DNA of 43,596 nt from an uncultured bacterium. Its GTDB lineage: Bacteria > Latescibacterota > UBA2968. The DNA lies in assembly GCA_964471275.1 (NCBI GenBank), contig CAYYGZ010000007.1:1-43596 (forward strand). Direction: 5' to 3'. A model generated the notes under the pieces. It was not told the DNA's origin and made no database searches. It saw only the letters and a program-made list of their open reading frames with translations. The position numbers and the translations under genes were made by a program. Of the stretch, positions 28,111 through 37,883 are shown in pieces. The first letter of the stretch is position 1, and the number at the start of each line of letters is the position of its first letter.

Positions 28111-29514
28111 ATGAAACATCCCAACATCGTCCTCATCATGACCGACCAGCAGCGCTGGGACAGCCTATCCTGTCTCGGTTTCGAACACGTTCCAACACCC
28201 AACATCGATCGTCTCGCAAACTGCGGCGTCGCCTTCAATCACGCGTTCGTTCAGGGCGCCGTCTGTGGCCCCTCCCGAAACAGCATCGTTTCGGGCCAGT
28301 ACGTCCACACACACGGAATCGACCGTAACGAAGCCTGGTTGTCTCCCGATCAGCCCAACTGGATCGAGCAATTGAGAGACGGCGGTTACCATACCGTCAA
28401 CATCGGCAAGATGCACACATCACCGATCCGCCTGCCCTGCGGCTTCAACCATCGTACCGTCGTAGAGAACAAGAACTACCGCCAGGGACACCACGGTCCC
28501 GACCCCGATGACTATGACCTTTATCTGTCCCGGTTTGGGCTGAAGCGGCCGGCCTGCACATACTACAAAGATGTGCCGAACTGGCCCGAAAACCTGGGCG
28601 CCACGGTCTGGCCTCACGACGAGGAACTCTTCATCGACAACGTCGTGGGGCAATGGACGATCGAAAGTATCCGCGATCACGACTTCGAAAAGCCGCTATT
28701 CCTCTGGAGCGGGTTCGCAGGACCTCACGATCCTTACGACATTCCGGAGTCGGCGCTCGAACGATATGACGGCATCGAAATACCTGACCCGGTCGGATGG
28801 GAAGGCGAGCTGGACACAAAGCCATCTCCACAGAAACAGTCCGTGGCGAATTCGGAAGGGAATGTGTCACCGTCCGCCATCTGGTGGAGTCGAGCAACCC
28901 CCGAACGCATTCGCCGGATGCGTCGGCACTACTATGCCAACGTGAGCCTGATCGATGACTGGGTCGGCAAGATCATCGACACGATCGAAGAGAGGGGCGA
29001 ACTCGACAACACGCTGTTTGTCTTCACGTCGGATCACGGCGATTGTCTGGGCGATCACGGTCTGGTTTACAAATTCTCGTCTCACTACGACTCGGTAGCC
29101 CGCGTCCCCCTCGTCTTTGCTGGACCCGGAATCGCGGCTCTGGGTGAGAGCGACCCTTTGGTCGAGTTGATCGATCTGGGTCCGACGCTGCTGGACCTGG
29201 CCGGACTGGGACAGCTCAAAGGCGCCTCCGGGATTTCGATCCGACCCCTGCTGGAGGGTAAGCCCACGGAACTTCACGACACGGTGTTCTCGGAACACGG
29301 TCCACGTATTATGGCAAGAACATTGGAATGGAAACTCGTCTTCTATCCGGGAGAGAACTACGGAGAGTTGTATCGACTGAAGGAGGATCCCGACGAACTC
29401 TACAACCTGTACGATAACCTCGATTTTGGATCGGCACGTCAGGATATGATTGAGCGGATGATGCACTGGTTTGCCACGACCCGAATGCAGCATCCCGACG
29501 CAGGCGTTTCATGA
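28111..29514 (+). CDS. Sulfatase (Cys-type, choline-sulfatase-like clade)
   Basis: PNIVLIMTDQQR, CGPSRNSIVSG, GKMH, GPHDP, FTSDHGD, ELYRLKEDPDELYNL. Confidence 0.93.
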   Translation: MKHPNIVLIMTDQQRWDSLSCLGFEHVPTPNIDRLANCGVAFNHAFVQGAVCGPSRNSIVSGQYVHTHGIDRNEAWLSPDQPNWIEQLRDGGYHTVNIGKMHTSPIRLPCGFNHRTVVENKNYRQGHHGPDPDDYDLYLSRFGLKRPACTYYKDVPNWPENLGATVWPHDEELFIDNVVGQWTIESIRDHDFEKPLFLWSGFAGPHDPYDIPESALERYDGIEIPDPVGWEGELDTKPSPQKQSVANSEGNVSPSAIWWSRATPERIRRMRRHYYANVSLIDDWVGKIIDTIEERGELDNTLFVFTSDHGDCLGDHGLVYKFSSHYDSVARVPLVFAGPGIAALGESDPLVELIDLGPTLLDLAGLGQLKGASGISIRPLLEGKPTELHDTVFSEHGPRIMARTLEWKLVFYPGENYGELYRLKEDPDELYNLYDNLDFGSARQDMIERMMHWFATTRMQHPDAGVS

Positions 29515-29619
29515 CGATACTCGGCCGGAGTTACACTCAGCACCAAACACCTCACGCAGGCCTATACCTGTTCCTCGTCTCCCAAATCGAACCAACCACG
29601 AACACAAGGAAGACAACCG

Positions 29620-30741
29620 ATGGACGATCGCTCTCTCGAAAGTGAACTCGAACTGTTCCTGGGAGACCCCGAAGTGGACCTGCAGAGAATCTTCACGCAG
29701 GAACGGTTTCCAAACGTTGTCGTCACGATGGACGGCACAGTCCTCGCCACTTGGGGTAGCGAACAGTATGTCGTACGCCGAAGCGAGGACGGCGGCAGGA
29801 CGTGGGAACCTGAAATATCCGTTGGACCGGGCATGCACGGAGGAGGCGTGACCGTCGATGAAGCGACTGGCGACATCCTGACCTTCATGCATCCGGAGCA
29901 CCCACCCAAAGCAGGGCTGTACGCCGCAAGGACGATGTTTCGCAGCACCAACGACGGAAGAACCTGGCAAGCTGATGACACCACCTATTCTGAAGATATT
30001 CGGGGCAACGTGCCGTCGCTGCACTTTCACGAACACGGGATCACGCTTTGTCGGGGCCCTCACGCTGGCAGGCTTCTGCGTCCTGCTCGCGTCTACATCC
30101 CGGAAGGCGGATACAACACCGCGATCTACAGCGATGACCACGGCAAGACCTGGCAGAACAGTGAACCGTTTCCGCTGGAAGGTACGGGCGAAGGGGCAGT
30201 CGCGGAGCAGGAAGATGGACGGATCTACTACAGCTCTCGCAAACACTTCTTCGCGGAAGACGAGCCTTACCGCAGCGAGCGACTATACGGCTGGAGCGAT
30301 GATGGAGGCCGGACGTGGGCGAACACGGACTTCAGCGTCGGGTTGCCCGATGGCCCCCGATATAGAGGAGACGAGCGGCGGGAATCCTGCTACAACGGAC
30401 ACTTCGGGATGGCGGGTGGACTCGTACGGCTGCCCGTTGCTGACCGGGACATTCTGGTCTACAGCAATGCCGATGAAGTCGACTACGCGAGAGTTCGTAT
30501 GACCGCCTGGGCGAGTTTCGACGGTGGTCGGACCTGGCCGGTTAAGCGGCTGGTCTTCAAGGGCCCGAGCGCCTACTCCTCGCTGGATGCGGGTCGCCCG
30601 GGTTCGCCGACCGAAGGATGGATCTACCTGCAGTTCGAGGAGCGTCAGGGAGGTGGACAAATGGCGAGGTTCAATCTCTCGTGGTTGTTGGCCGGCGAAC
30701 AGACCGGCGACGGCAGCTTGCCCGACTGGATCACCGGATAG
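29620..30741 (+). CDS. Exo-alpha-sialidase-like (BNR repeat) protein
   Basis: ERFP, five Asp boxes (SEDGGRTW, STNDGRTW, SDDHGKTW, SDDGGRTW, SFDGGRTW) and SAYSSL. Confidence 0.88.
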   Translation: MDDRSLESELELFLGDPEVDLQRIFTQERFPNVVVTMDGTVLATWGSEQYVVRRSEDGGRTWEPEISVGPGMHGGGVTVDEATGDILTFMHPEHPPKAGLYAARTMFRSTNDGRTWQADDTTYSEDIRGNVPSLHFHEHGITLCRGPHAGRLLRPARVYIPEGGYNTAIYSDDHGKTWQNSEPFPLEGTGEGAVAEQEDGRIYYSSRKHFFAEDEPYRSERLYGWSDDGGRTWANTDFSVGLPDGPRYRGDERRESCYNGHFGMAGGLVRLPVADRDILVYSNADEVDYARVRMTAWASFDGGRTWPVKRLVFKGPSAYSSLDAGRPGSPTEGWIYLQFEERQGGGQMARFNLSWLLAGEQTGDGSLPDWITG

Positions 30742-32443
30742 CGTGAAGCTCTGACAGCCCACCCAATTCAGCCGGCCCACCTGGTGACGGATACGCGCCT
30801 TCCGCTTCCGACCAGCGGTGGCACCGGATTCGAATGGTGTGATCGACAGGCGTCCAGGCTGTCGCATAAACACGATACCCCTCACCGGCCATTGGGAACA
30901 CATTTCGATGACCGTGAATGCCCGGACCGATCGTGATGGCATCCTCGCCTGCCCGATACGTGATATCTCCTGATCTCAGGAAGAGCGATCCACCTGGCGC
31001 CGTGTCGAAACTCGCCTCCGGAAGCTCGACACGACCCGGCGCACCGAACAGACACTCGATCTGGAACGGCACATTGTCCATCCCGTCACGTGTTTGGATG
31101 TGAAGATCAACCCCACCATCGACCTCTGATATACTGACGTCTACTCCGAATTCAGGACGCGCGACCTGCTCTCTCTCGTGCAGGATGCCGTGCGGCAGAT
31201 CCTCCCACGCAACAGGTCTGTTCAGCGGCATCCAGTAGCCGGGCAGATGTGGGAGCAGGAAATCGGATCGCAGGACAAGCGTCGCCGTATCACCTGAGAC
31301 ATTGAGCGATCGCGCGGTGAACGAAGCACCCGCGAAATAGGGAGTATGGACGCGCAGGGCCCGCAACTCCACCTTTCCGAAGGACAACGAAAAAAAACCC
31401 TCAATGCCAGTGGCCGTTGTGGCTGCGAGCGCCCCACGTCGGACACGCCACACCCCCGAATGTGGGAGATGCCGCGCATACGATGTTTCGACGACGCCAG
31501 ACTTCAGCGGCTTGTCACACCACTCAGGATGCATCGACATAAAGTAGACCAGCCAGGCATTCGATTTCCCTCCTCGCTCAAAGAAGGCGTGTGTAGCCGC
31601 ACAAAGATGATCGTCATTGTCCTCACGTGACATGTAGTAGAAGCTGTCGATACCGTTGGTGGGTACACGTCGCGTCCCCTTGTCCTGACGGCGGGACAGG
31701 GCAGTCAGGATGGTCCAATCTGGCTGCAGAAACGTGAGCATCGTGTGCAGGCTTCGGCGCACGTAGTCAAGCAGGTCCCGGCGGCCCATAGATTCCGCGA
31801 TCAGAATAAGCGATCGATTGCACACGGCATTGTAGCCGCCGGCACTCCGTTCCGAATACTCCCCATCGGGACTGAGGTCGATACCTTCTGCGAGATAGGC
31901 TTCTATCGCAGCTTCCACGACAGGATCGGGGTGGAGCGCGTGAACCAGGGCCAGGCCCGATGCCACGACCCAACGATGGTTGGGTGTGTGAAAGCCCCCC
32001 GAGGCGACGGCGTGCGCGCACACTGTGAGATACGGTGTGAGCGCATCTTCGATCTCCAAGGCCCCCGCGACGTCTTGCGATTGGGCCAGAATGTGAGCGA
32101 CGCTGCCAAGCTGTTGAAGCACAAACCCTGTGTCTGGTGGTGAATCAAAATTGGTTTGCGGAATGTCGACATATCCGGAAGATCGTGTGCTACGCTTCTG
32201 GAAACCGATAGCGAGCAGGATACGGTGGAGAACGTCGGGGTCTGCGTGGTAGCGCGAATCGGGAACCAGGTAGGCCAGGGCGACCTGATGAATAAACGCC
32301 GCGTTGCCGACGTGCGAGGCCCCCGCAAAACCGTGTTTGGCGTTGAAATGTCCTCCGTAGTCAGGACGATCTCGATCGAGAACCTGATCTCTCAGGCACC
32401 GGCCCACGGCTGCGTCCAAACTTCTGATCGTCTCCTCGTACAT
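30731..32443 (-). CDS. Conserved hypothetical protein, probable alpha/alpha-toroid plus beta-sandwich (heparinase II/III-like fold)
   Basis: ATG 32443 behind AAAGGAGGAG. Motifs NFDSPPDTGF, GGFHTPNHRWV, DGEYSERSAGGYN, SRRQD. The fold call is inference. Confidence 0.7.
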   Translation of the reverse strand: MYEETIRSLDAAVGRCLRDQVLDRDRPDYGGHFNAKHGFAGASHVGNAAFIHQVALAYLVPDSRYHADPDVLHRILLAIGFQKRSTRSSGYVDIPQTNFDSPPDTGFVLQQLGSVAHILAQSQDVAGALEIEDALTPYLTVCAHAVASGGFHTPNHRWVVASGLALVHALHPDPVVEAAIEAYLAEGIDLSPDGEYSERSAGGYNAVCNRSLILIAESMGRRDLLDYVRRSLHTMLTFLQPDWTILTALSRRQDKGTRRVPTNGIDSFYYMSREDNDDHLCAATHAFFERGGKSNAWLVYFMSMHPEWCDKPLKSGVVETSYARHLPHSGVWRVRRGALAATTATGIEGFFSLSFGKVELRALRVHTPYFAGASFTARSLNVSGDTATLVLRSDFLLPHLPGYWMPLNRPVAWEDLPHGILHEREQVARPEFGVDVSISEVDGGVDLHIQTRDGMDNVPFQIECLFGAPGRVELPEASFDTAPGGSLFLRSGDITYRAGEDAITIGPGIHGHRNVFPMAGEGYRVYATAWTPVDHTIRIRCHRWSEAEGAYPSPGGPAELGGLSELHAIR

Positions 32444-32466
32444 GCTCCTCCTTTCACGCCCCGGGC

Positions 32467-33735
32467 TCACGACGTGGGCGTATCCGCCAGTTCACCTTCG
32501 CCCACACCCAGATACGAATACGGTTTGGCTCCCCTGCCACCCTTCTCTCCGTCAAAGGCCGGGCTCCCGGCTGACGGTCGACCTTCTGCATCTAGGCCTG
32601 ATTCAGCTGCAATCACATTGACTTCGCTCATCTCATCAGCTACGCCAGCAGGACCGGCGAACAGATTGTGAACGACCTCGTTGTCAGGGGCGCTGTCGAT
32701 GACGAGATGTCTACCTGAGTCGCTGTCGAACACATTGTATACGAAGCGATTCCCGTACGGTGCGTGCTTCGCAACACCCATCTCCTTACGATCCATCCCC
32801 CGGTTCGTCCCGATGTTGATTCCGACCTTGTCCGAATCGATGACCGTGTTGTGTGCAACAAGACACCCGGTGACCGCCTGATACAGCCCGCCCTGCTCGA
32901 TCGTTATTCCAAACGGAACGCGGAAGCCGTTCGGGCAGTTGCGGATCAGATTATGCGTGACGGTGTGGTGCGTGCCGGAAAGCCGGATGCCTCCCGAGCA
33001 ATTCTCGTGTCGGTTTCCGTGGATCTCGCAGAAGGATCCCCCTCGCATTACCAACTCACCTTTACAATCCCTGAACAGATTGCTCCGGTAGGAATTCCGC
33101 GAGCTCTTGTTGCTGATGATCTCGATTTCCCCATCGCAACGAAGGAAACGGTTCTGATCCACCATCGTTCGTGGCTCGACGTGCCCCCAGTCGCGCTGGT
33201 TCTGCCCGATCTGAATCGTCTCGCGTCCGTTGCCGCTCGGAATCGGGGGAATGTCACGGAAGCAGTTACCGACGATACGATTGTCGATCGGCGCCTCCTC
33301 ACCTCTGATGATCACCTGGATCGATCGCTGCTCCAGATGCGAAAATTCACAGTTCTCGACAGTATTTCGGCACGCAGATCCCTGGATGGAAATGGCGGCC
33401 TTCTTCCCCCCTGATTCGGTAAACCGGCAATCGGCAGCTCGGCAGTCAGCCGACCCATCGAGAACGATGCAGCTTTCCTCGAGAGTACACGCTTTAAAGC
33501 TCAGACCCTCGATCGTGACGTGGGATCCCGAAACCATTAACGACGACCGTCCCCTCAGTACGACGTCCCCTGGTGTTTCAGCCCGGATCGTGATCGGCCG
33601 ACCGGGTTCTCCTTCGACATCGATCAAGATCTGGACATCGTCGTACACGCCCTTCTCGAGAACGCACGTGTCGCCGGAAACCACGTCAGCCAGAGAACCT
33701 GAAAGTGTATCTGGGTTAAAGTTCAGTGTTCGCAA
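32467..33735 (-). CDS. Polysaccharide lyase family 6 (chondroitinase B/alginate lyase-like beta-helix)
   Basis: PITIRAETPGDV, NGRETIQIG, CDGEIEIISNKS (catalytic Lys), LVMRGG (catalytic Arg), GGIR. TTG start, no signal peptide. Confidence 0.88.
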   Translation of the reverse strand: MRTLNFNPDTLSGSLADVVSGDTCVLEKGVYDDVQILIDVEGEPGRPITIRAETPGDVVLRGRSSLMVSGSHVTIEGLSFKACTLEESCIVLDGSADCRAADCRFTESGGKKAAISIQGSACRNTVENCEFSHLEQRSIQVIIRGEEAPIDNRIVGNCFRDIPPIPSGNGRETIQIGQNQRDWGHVEPRTMVDQNRFLRCDGEIEIISNKSSRNSYRSNLFRDCKGELVMRGGSFCEIHGNRHENCSGGIRLSGTHHTVTHNLIRNCPNGFRVPFGITIEQGGLYQAVTGCLVAHNTVIDSDKVGINIGTNRGMDRKEMGVAKHAPYGNRFVYNVFDSDSGRHLVIDSAPDNEVVHNLFAGPAGVADEMSEVNVIAAESGLDAEGRPSAGSPAFDGEKGGRGAKPYSYLGVGEGELADTPTS

Positions 33736-34146
33736 GTGGGTGTCCTTTCTGCGATCGGCTGCACGCGTGGTCTCCGGTCTGACAATGTGGCGAATTCGAC
33801 CAGGGCTCCGGTTACCAGCATAGATACGACTGGTATCTCGCGCTCACGCCACAGATAGCTTTGCAGACAATTGTGTCAGGCACAATCAATGTGTCATCAT
33901 CATTCGACACGGGATGCCGGTATCAGGTCCGTGCGATTTCACTAACCATACCACATCATACAACTCGCCGTGGTTGGCTGAAAAGATTATTTTGCTCGTT
34001 GACTCGGCCTCTGACGAAGTCCGCGACCAGACTGTGCAAAAGAGTGGGTCTGCTGACCCTAAATGGAGATATTCTACCCCTCATCTTCATAACTGCAGTA
34101 TTCGATCCGTCTTACAGAACAGAGCCACCATCACCAAGGCCATCAC

Positions 34147-37100
34147 GTGAGATATCTCGTCGGAATCACCATATTCGTGGGTATGCTGGGCTTGCTCGGC
34201 CAGTCGAACGCACAGTCCTGGCACTATGATTTTGAGGAAGCGGGCCTGTCAGCTTCCTGGCAAAAGGACGCAGACAGCCGGTTGGCGCTCTCGACGGCGC
34301 ATTACAAGCTGGGCGTTCAATCTCTGGCCTGGACGTGGCACGGCTCCGGTCGTCTTCTATTCACCGATCCCGTCGAGGGACGCCGAGAGGAGCTCAAGGG
34401 CTTCAGAGCCTGGGTATACAACGAGCTGGCCCTGGATTCGAAACTGACATTTCGTTTCGGCACGGTCGATGAGTTGGCGGCCGACAACCCACGCTACCAG
34501 TTCGAGTTCGGTCTGGATTACACGGGTTGGAGGTCCACGTGGATCGACCTGCCTCAGGATGCGACAAACAACGCTTACACAGGTCCAGGCAGCGGGTCCG
34601 TGACCGCATTTGAAATCCTCTCGCCAGACACTGGCTCCGTCTTCCTGGATCTGGTGGAGTTGGTTGAGAAGATCCACTGGGCTCGGTCAGCCGACGCGCA
34701 GGTCCCTTTCGTCAACGCCCAGAGAGACGGAGGTCGAGACCCCTACCATCGCTGGAGCTGCAACACGCTTCCCGGACCGATCCCTTCCCGGATCACCGAA
34801 GATGAGCGGCAGGCATTCGGGACGATCGTCGATCGATACGAAACCTGGGTACTCGGCGACACGCTGGACAAAACCCGGGAACCCGTCAGCATCCGACTCG
34901 CAGCCCTGGCCGAATACATCGAGCGAGGATACCGCAATCTCGAAGACTTCGAGATCCGACGCGAAGGGGACATCGTACTCGGGGTACCGCTCTTCGCCAG
35001 CCGGTCGCCCTACACGCCCGGCTTCGAGGGTCTGTTCCAGGACGTTCTGATGCGTCTGGTATTGGACTATCGCGTAAACGGAAACGTCTCTGCAAGAGAC
35101 CCGATTCTCGACGTGTTCGACTACCTCAACGACCAGGGATGGGCAGCCGGCAGCAGTATCGGATCGCTGGATCACGAATTCCTACGGGTAGCGAGCTACG
35201 CCCACGCGGTGTTTCTGATGCGGGATGACCTGCGAGCGACCGGAAAGCTTGAGAGAGAACTTGCCACGTTGGAATGGCACTGCATGTTCGGTGAGCTGTA
35301 TGAGGAAGTCTGGGAACCTGGAACAAACGCCGATTACATGCGAACCGTCTCGATCTTTCGCTTGCTGCGCATCCTGGCCGCGGACGACGCACCCGAGAAA
35401 GCAGCCAACATGCGGCGGTATATCGCCTGGCTCGACAACGCGCTCAACATCGCACCGGGTTGGCTGGATACCATCAAACCCGATTTTCTCGGATTTCACC
35501 ATCGGGGCGTTTATGCCAACGCCTACGCGCCAAACGGGTTCCACGTTGCCGCTCTGCTGGTGTATCTGTTGCACGACACGCCATTCGCCATCGACGACAG
35601 CCGACGCGAGAACCTGAAGAACGCCCTGCTGGTCGAAAGAATTCTGGCAAACACCTATGATGTCTCGACGGCCATAAATGGGAGGTTCCCCTTCAAGACG
35701 GAAGTCATCAACGAAATCCTGCCAGCATACATGTATCTGTCATTGACTTACGCACCCGTGGATAGCGATCTGGCAGGGGCATTTATGCGGCTCTGGCAGC
35801 CCGAGACGTCATTCCTGAAGGACGGGCTCTTCTCGAAGGTCTCCTCGCGAATTATGTATCTGAACACACCCGGGGCCGTGCAGATGATGGTGGATTTCGC
35901 GGACAGGGGTCTGGCGCCGGAGCCTTCACTGTCAGGTCACTGGACGCTGCCCTATGGCGCTCTGTCCATCCACAGACGTGAGAACTGGATGGTCAGCCTG
36001 AAAGGCTGGAGCAAGTATGTGTGGGATTTCGAGTCATCATCCAGCGGCCAGAATCAGCTTGGCCGCTACCTGAGCTATGGCTCGATGCTGGTCTACGCGG
36101 GCGGCGATCCCGTCAGCCGAGAAGCAAGCGGTATCCTCCAAGAGGGATGGGACTGGAATGCGTGGCCGGGAACAACCGTGATCCGGCTTACACCCGCCGA
36201 GCTCAGTCAGCAGATCGAGGACCGCAACTTGACAGACCAGACCTTCGTCGGCGGTGCGAACCTCGAGCGGAACGGCGTGTTTGCGATGACGCTGCACGAC
36301 ACCGTACACGACACGAGCTTCCGGGCGACAAAGACTGTCTTCTGTTTTGACGATATGCTGGTCTGTCTGGGATCGGACATTCAGAACAGCGACGGCACGC
36401 ACACCACGATCACATCACTGTTCCAGACGGCCGTAACGACGGACCGCCCTACTGTCGTGAACGGTGAGATGGTTCAGACGATCCCATACACTTCGCAAGG
36501 AGCTTCGGGACAAGCCGCCTGGCTGATGGACGGGATGGGAAACGGGTACGTGCTCCCGGACGGCGGCGGATTACGCGTCCGCAGACAGATGCAGGCGACC
36601 GGGGACTTCGGTGAGGAAGGTGGCGGCGAGGGGAACTTCGAGTTGGCTTGGATCGATCACGGCAGCGCACCGAATGATGCGGCATACGAGTATGCCTTAC
36701 TGGTACAGACTGACATCCAGCGAGTCCGGAGAATCACGGAAACACCTGAGTATAAGGTCCTTCATAAGAATCGAAGAGCCCACATCCTGCGCCACCCGGC
36801 CTCGAAATCGACGGGCTATGCTCTGTTCGAAGTGGGCGCGATACCTGTGGATGGGGCCGTCGCCGATGTGGACCTGCCGTGTATTCTAATGACCCGTGAG
36901 GTCGACGACGGGCTGCTGATTGGTGCGGCGGATCCTGACTATGGGTGGAACCGAAGGATTCAAGCGCCGCATCAGTACAGTTCGCTGATACCGAATCAAC
37001 CGAGCGAGCCACGGATCCTCAGGGTCACGCTGAGGGGACAATGGAAGTTGGATCGAACGTATGATCTGGCCGGCATCGCTGACATAAAGACAGACAGGAC

Positions 37101-37374
37101 GGTTGTGGCCTTCACCTGTCAGGACGGCAAAACAGTCCAGGTGAAGCTGGTGAAGGCCGAGGCAGACAGAGATGCGTCACGCCTGGATTTCGACGAGGAT
37201 GGTATCGTCGGGTTCGGCGACTTCCTCCAGTTTGCCGTTGGATTTGGCTTCTCTGAGAACGAGCTGGACTTTGATACAAAGTTCGACCTGGACCAGGACG
37301 GGACGGTAGGCTTCAGCGATTTCATCACGTTCGCTGAAGGATTCGGCAAGCTTGTGGTGGCTGAATCCGCTTGA
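34147..37374 (+). CDS. Secreted chondroitinase ABC-like polysaccharide lyase (PL8) with a C-terminal paired EF-hand/dockerin-like module
   Basis: Signal peptide; HYKLGVQSLAW, DQGWAAGS, KPDFLGFHHRGVYANAYA (catalytic His/Tyr), GRFP, GRYLSYGS, GWDWNAWPGTT; C-terminal DFDEDGIVGFGDF and DLDQDGTVGFSDF. Confidence 0.92.
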   Translation: MRYLVGITIFVGMLGLLGQSNAQSWHYDFEEAGLSASWQKDADSRLALSTAHYKLGVQSLAWTWHGSGRLLFTDPVEGRREELKGFRAWVYNELALDSKLTFRFGTVDELAADNPRYQFEFGLDYTGWRSTWIDLPQDATNNAYTGPGSGSVTAFEILSPDTGSVFLDLVELVEKIHWARSADAQVPFVNAQRDGGRDPYHRWSCNTLPGPIPSRITEDERQAFGTIVDRYETWVLGDTLDKTREPVSIRLAALAEYIERGYRNLEDFEIRREGDIVLGVPLFASRSPYTPGFEGLFQDVLMRLVLDYRVNGNVSARDPILDVFDYLNDQGWAAGSSIGSLDHEFLRVASYAHAVFLMRDDLRATGKLERELATLEWHCMFGELYEEVWEPGTNADYMRTVSIFRLLRILAADDAPEKAANMRRYIAWLDNALNIAPGWLDTIKPDFLGFHHRGVYANAYAPNGFHVAALLVYLLHDTPFAIDDSRRENLKNALLVERILANTYDVSTAINGRFPFKTEVINEILPAYMYLSLTYAPVDSDLAGAFMRLWQPETSFLKDGLFSKVSSRIMYLNTPGAVQMMVDFADRGLAPEPSLSGHWTLPYGALSIHRRENWMVSLKGWSKYVWDFESSSSGQNQLGRYLSYGSMLVYAGGDPVSREASGILQEGWDWNAWPGTTVIRLTPAELSQQIEDRNLTDQTFVGGANLERNGVFAMTLHDTVHDTSFRATKTVFCFDDMLVCLGSDIQNSDGTHTTITSLFQTAVTTDRPTVVNGEMVQTIPYTSQGASGQAAWLMDGMGNGYVLPDGGGLRVRRQMQATGDFGEEGGGEGNFELAWIDHGSAPNDAAYEYALLVQTDIQRVRRITETPEYKVLHKNRRAHILRHPASKSTGYALFEVGAIPVDGAVADVDLPCILMTREVDDGLLIGAADPDYGWNRRIQAPHQYSSLIPNQPSEPRILRVTLRGQWKLDRTYDLAGIADIKTDRTVVAFTCQDGKTVQVKLVKAEADRDASRLDFDEDGIVGFGDFLQFAVGFGFSENELDFDTKFDLDQDGTVGFSDFITFAEGFGKLVVAESA

Positions 37375-37764
37375 CCCTATGCGAGGTTAGGATGCTAGAC
37401 TTGATCTATTCACAAGACCGACGTGATTCCGAAGGAGCAAGTATACAGAGTGCTATGGCGGCAAATCGCATACAGCCGATCCGAGGGCCGCTCACCCGCG
37501 CTCAGCAACCCTAACACCTGGCGAGCCGCTCCCTCCAATCCCCAAGGATTCGCGCTGTCCAGCGGCAGGAGTTCCGGTGGATTCTCCTCAGTGGGGTCAG
37601 TTGCCTGGAACTGTATTTGCTCGTATATGTTGGCCTTCATTGTGTTTGCTTCGTCTTCTCGGAAACTCGGTTCAATTTGGCGGTTTGAATTCGACACACA
37701 TCGGTAATCTTTCATTAGGCGTCAAACGTGTTACCGTGTCAAAACCGGTAATGTATCGAAAATT

Positions 37765-37854
37765 TAGTCCGACTGAACCTAAAGAGTCGTGGTGGATCAA
37801 CAGAATCTTGGTATCCTATGTAGACCGAAAATGCCTTCGAATCGGGCACGGCTA
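37765..37854 (+). ncRNA. Possible degenerate Moco/Tuco riboswitch-like leader
   Basis: Upstream of a W/Mo-pterin enzyme. TAGTC/GGCTA closing stem, CCGA, ACCTAA..TGGT, GAAA and GCCTTCG..GG elements partly resemble RF01055; the central stem is unconvincing. Confidence 0.25.
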
Positions 37855-37883
37855 CGTCATTAGCTAGACAGGAGAGAATCGAC

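Noticed and set aside
33736..34146. Short palindromes in the PL6/PL8 divergent region (AGATAC-N5-GTATCT, GGGTC-N4-GACCC)
   Set aside because: Arms of 5-6 bp, not repeated elsewhere, and no regulator gene in the window; compatible with chance.
37410..37715. 101-aa minus-strand ORF between PL8 and AOR
   Set aside because: No recognisable motif and a weak RBS. It may be another remnant but I cannot support a call.
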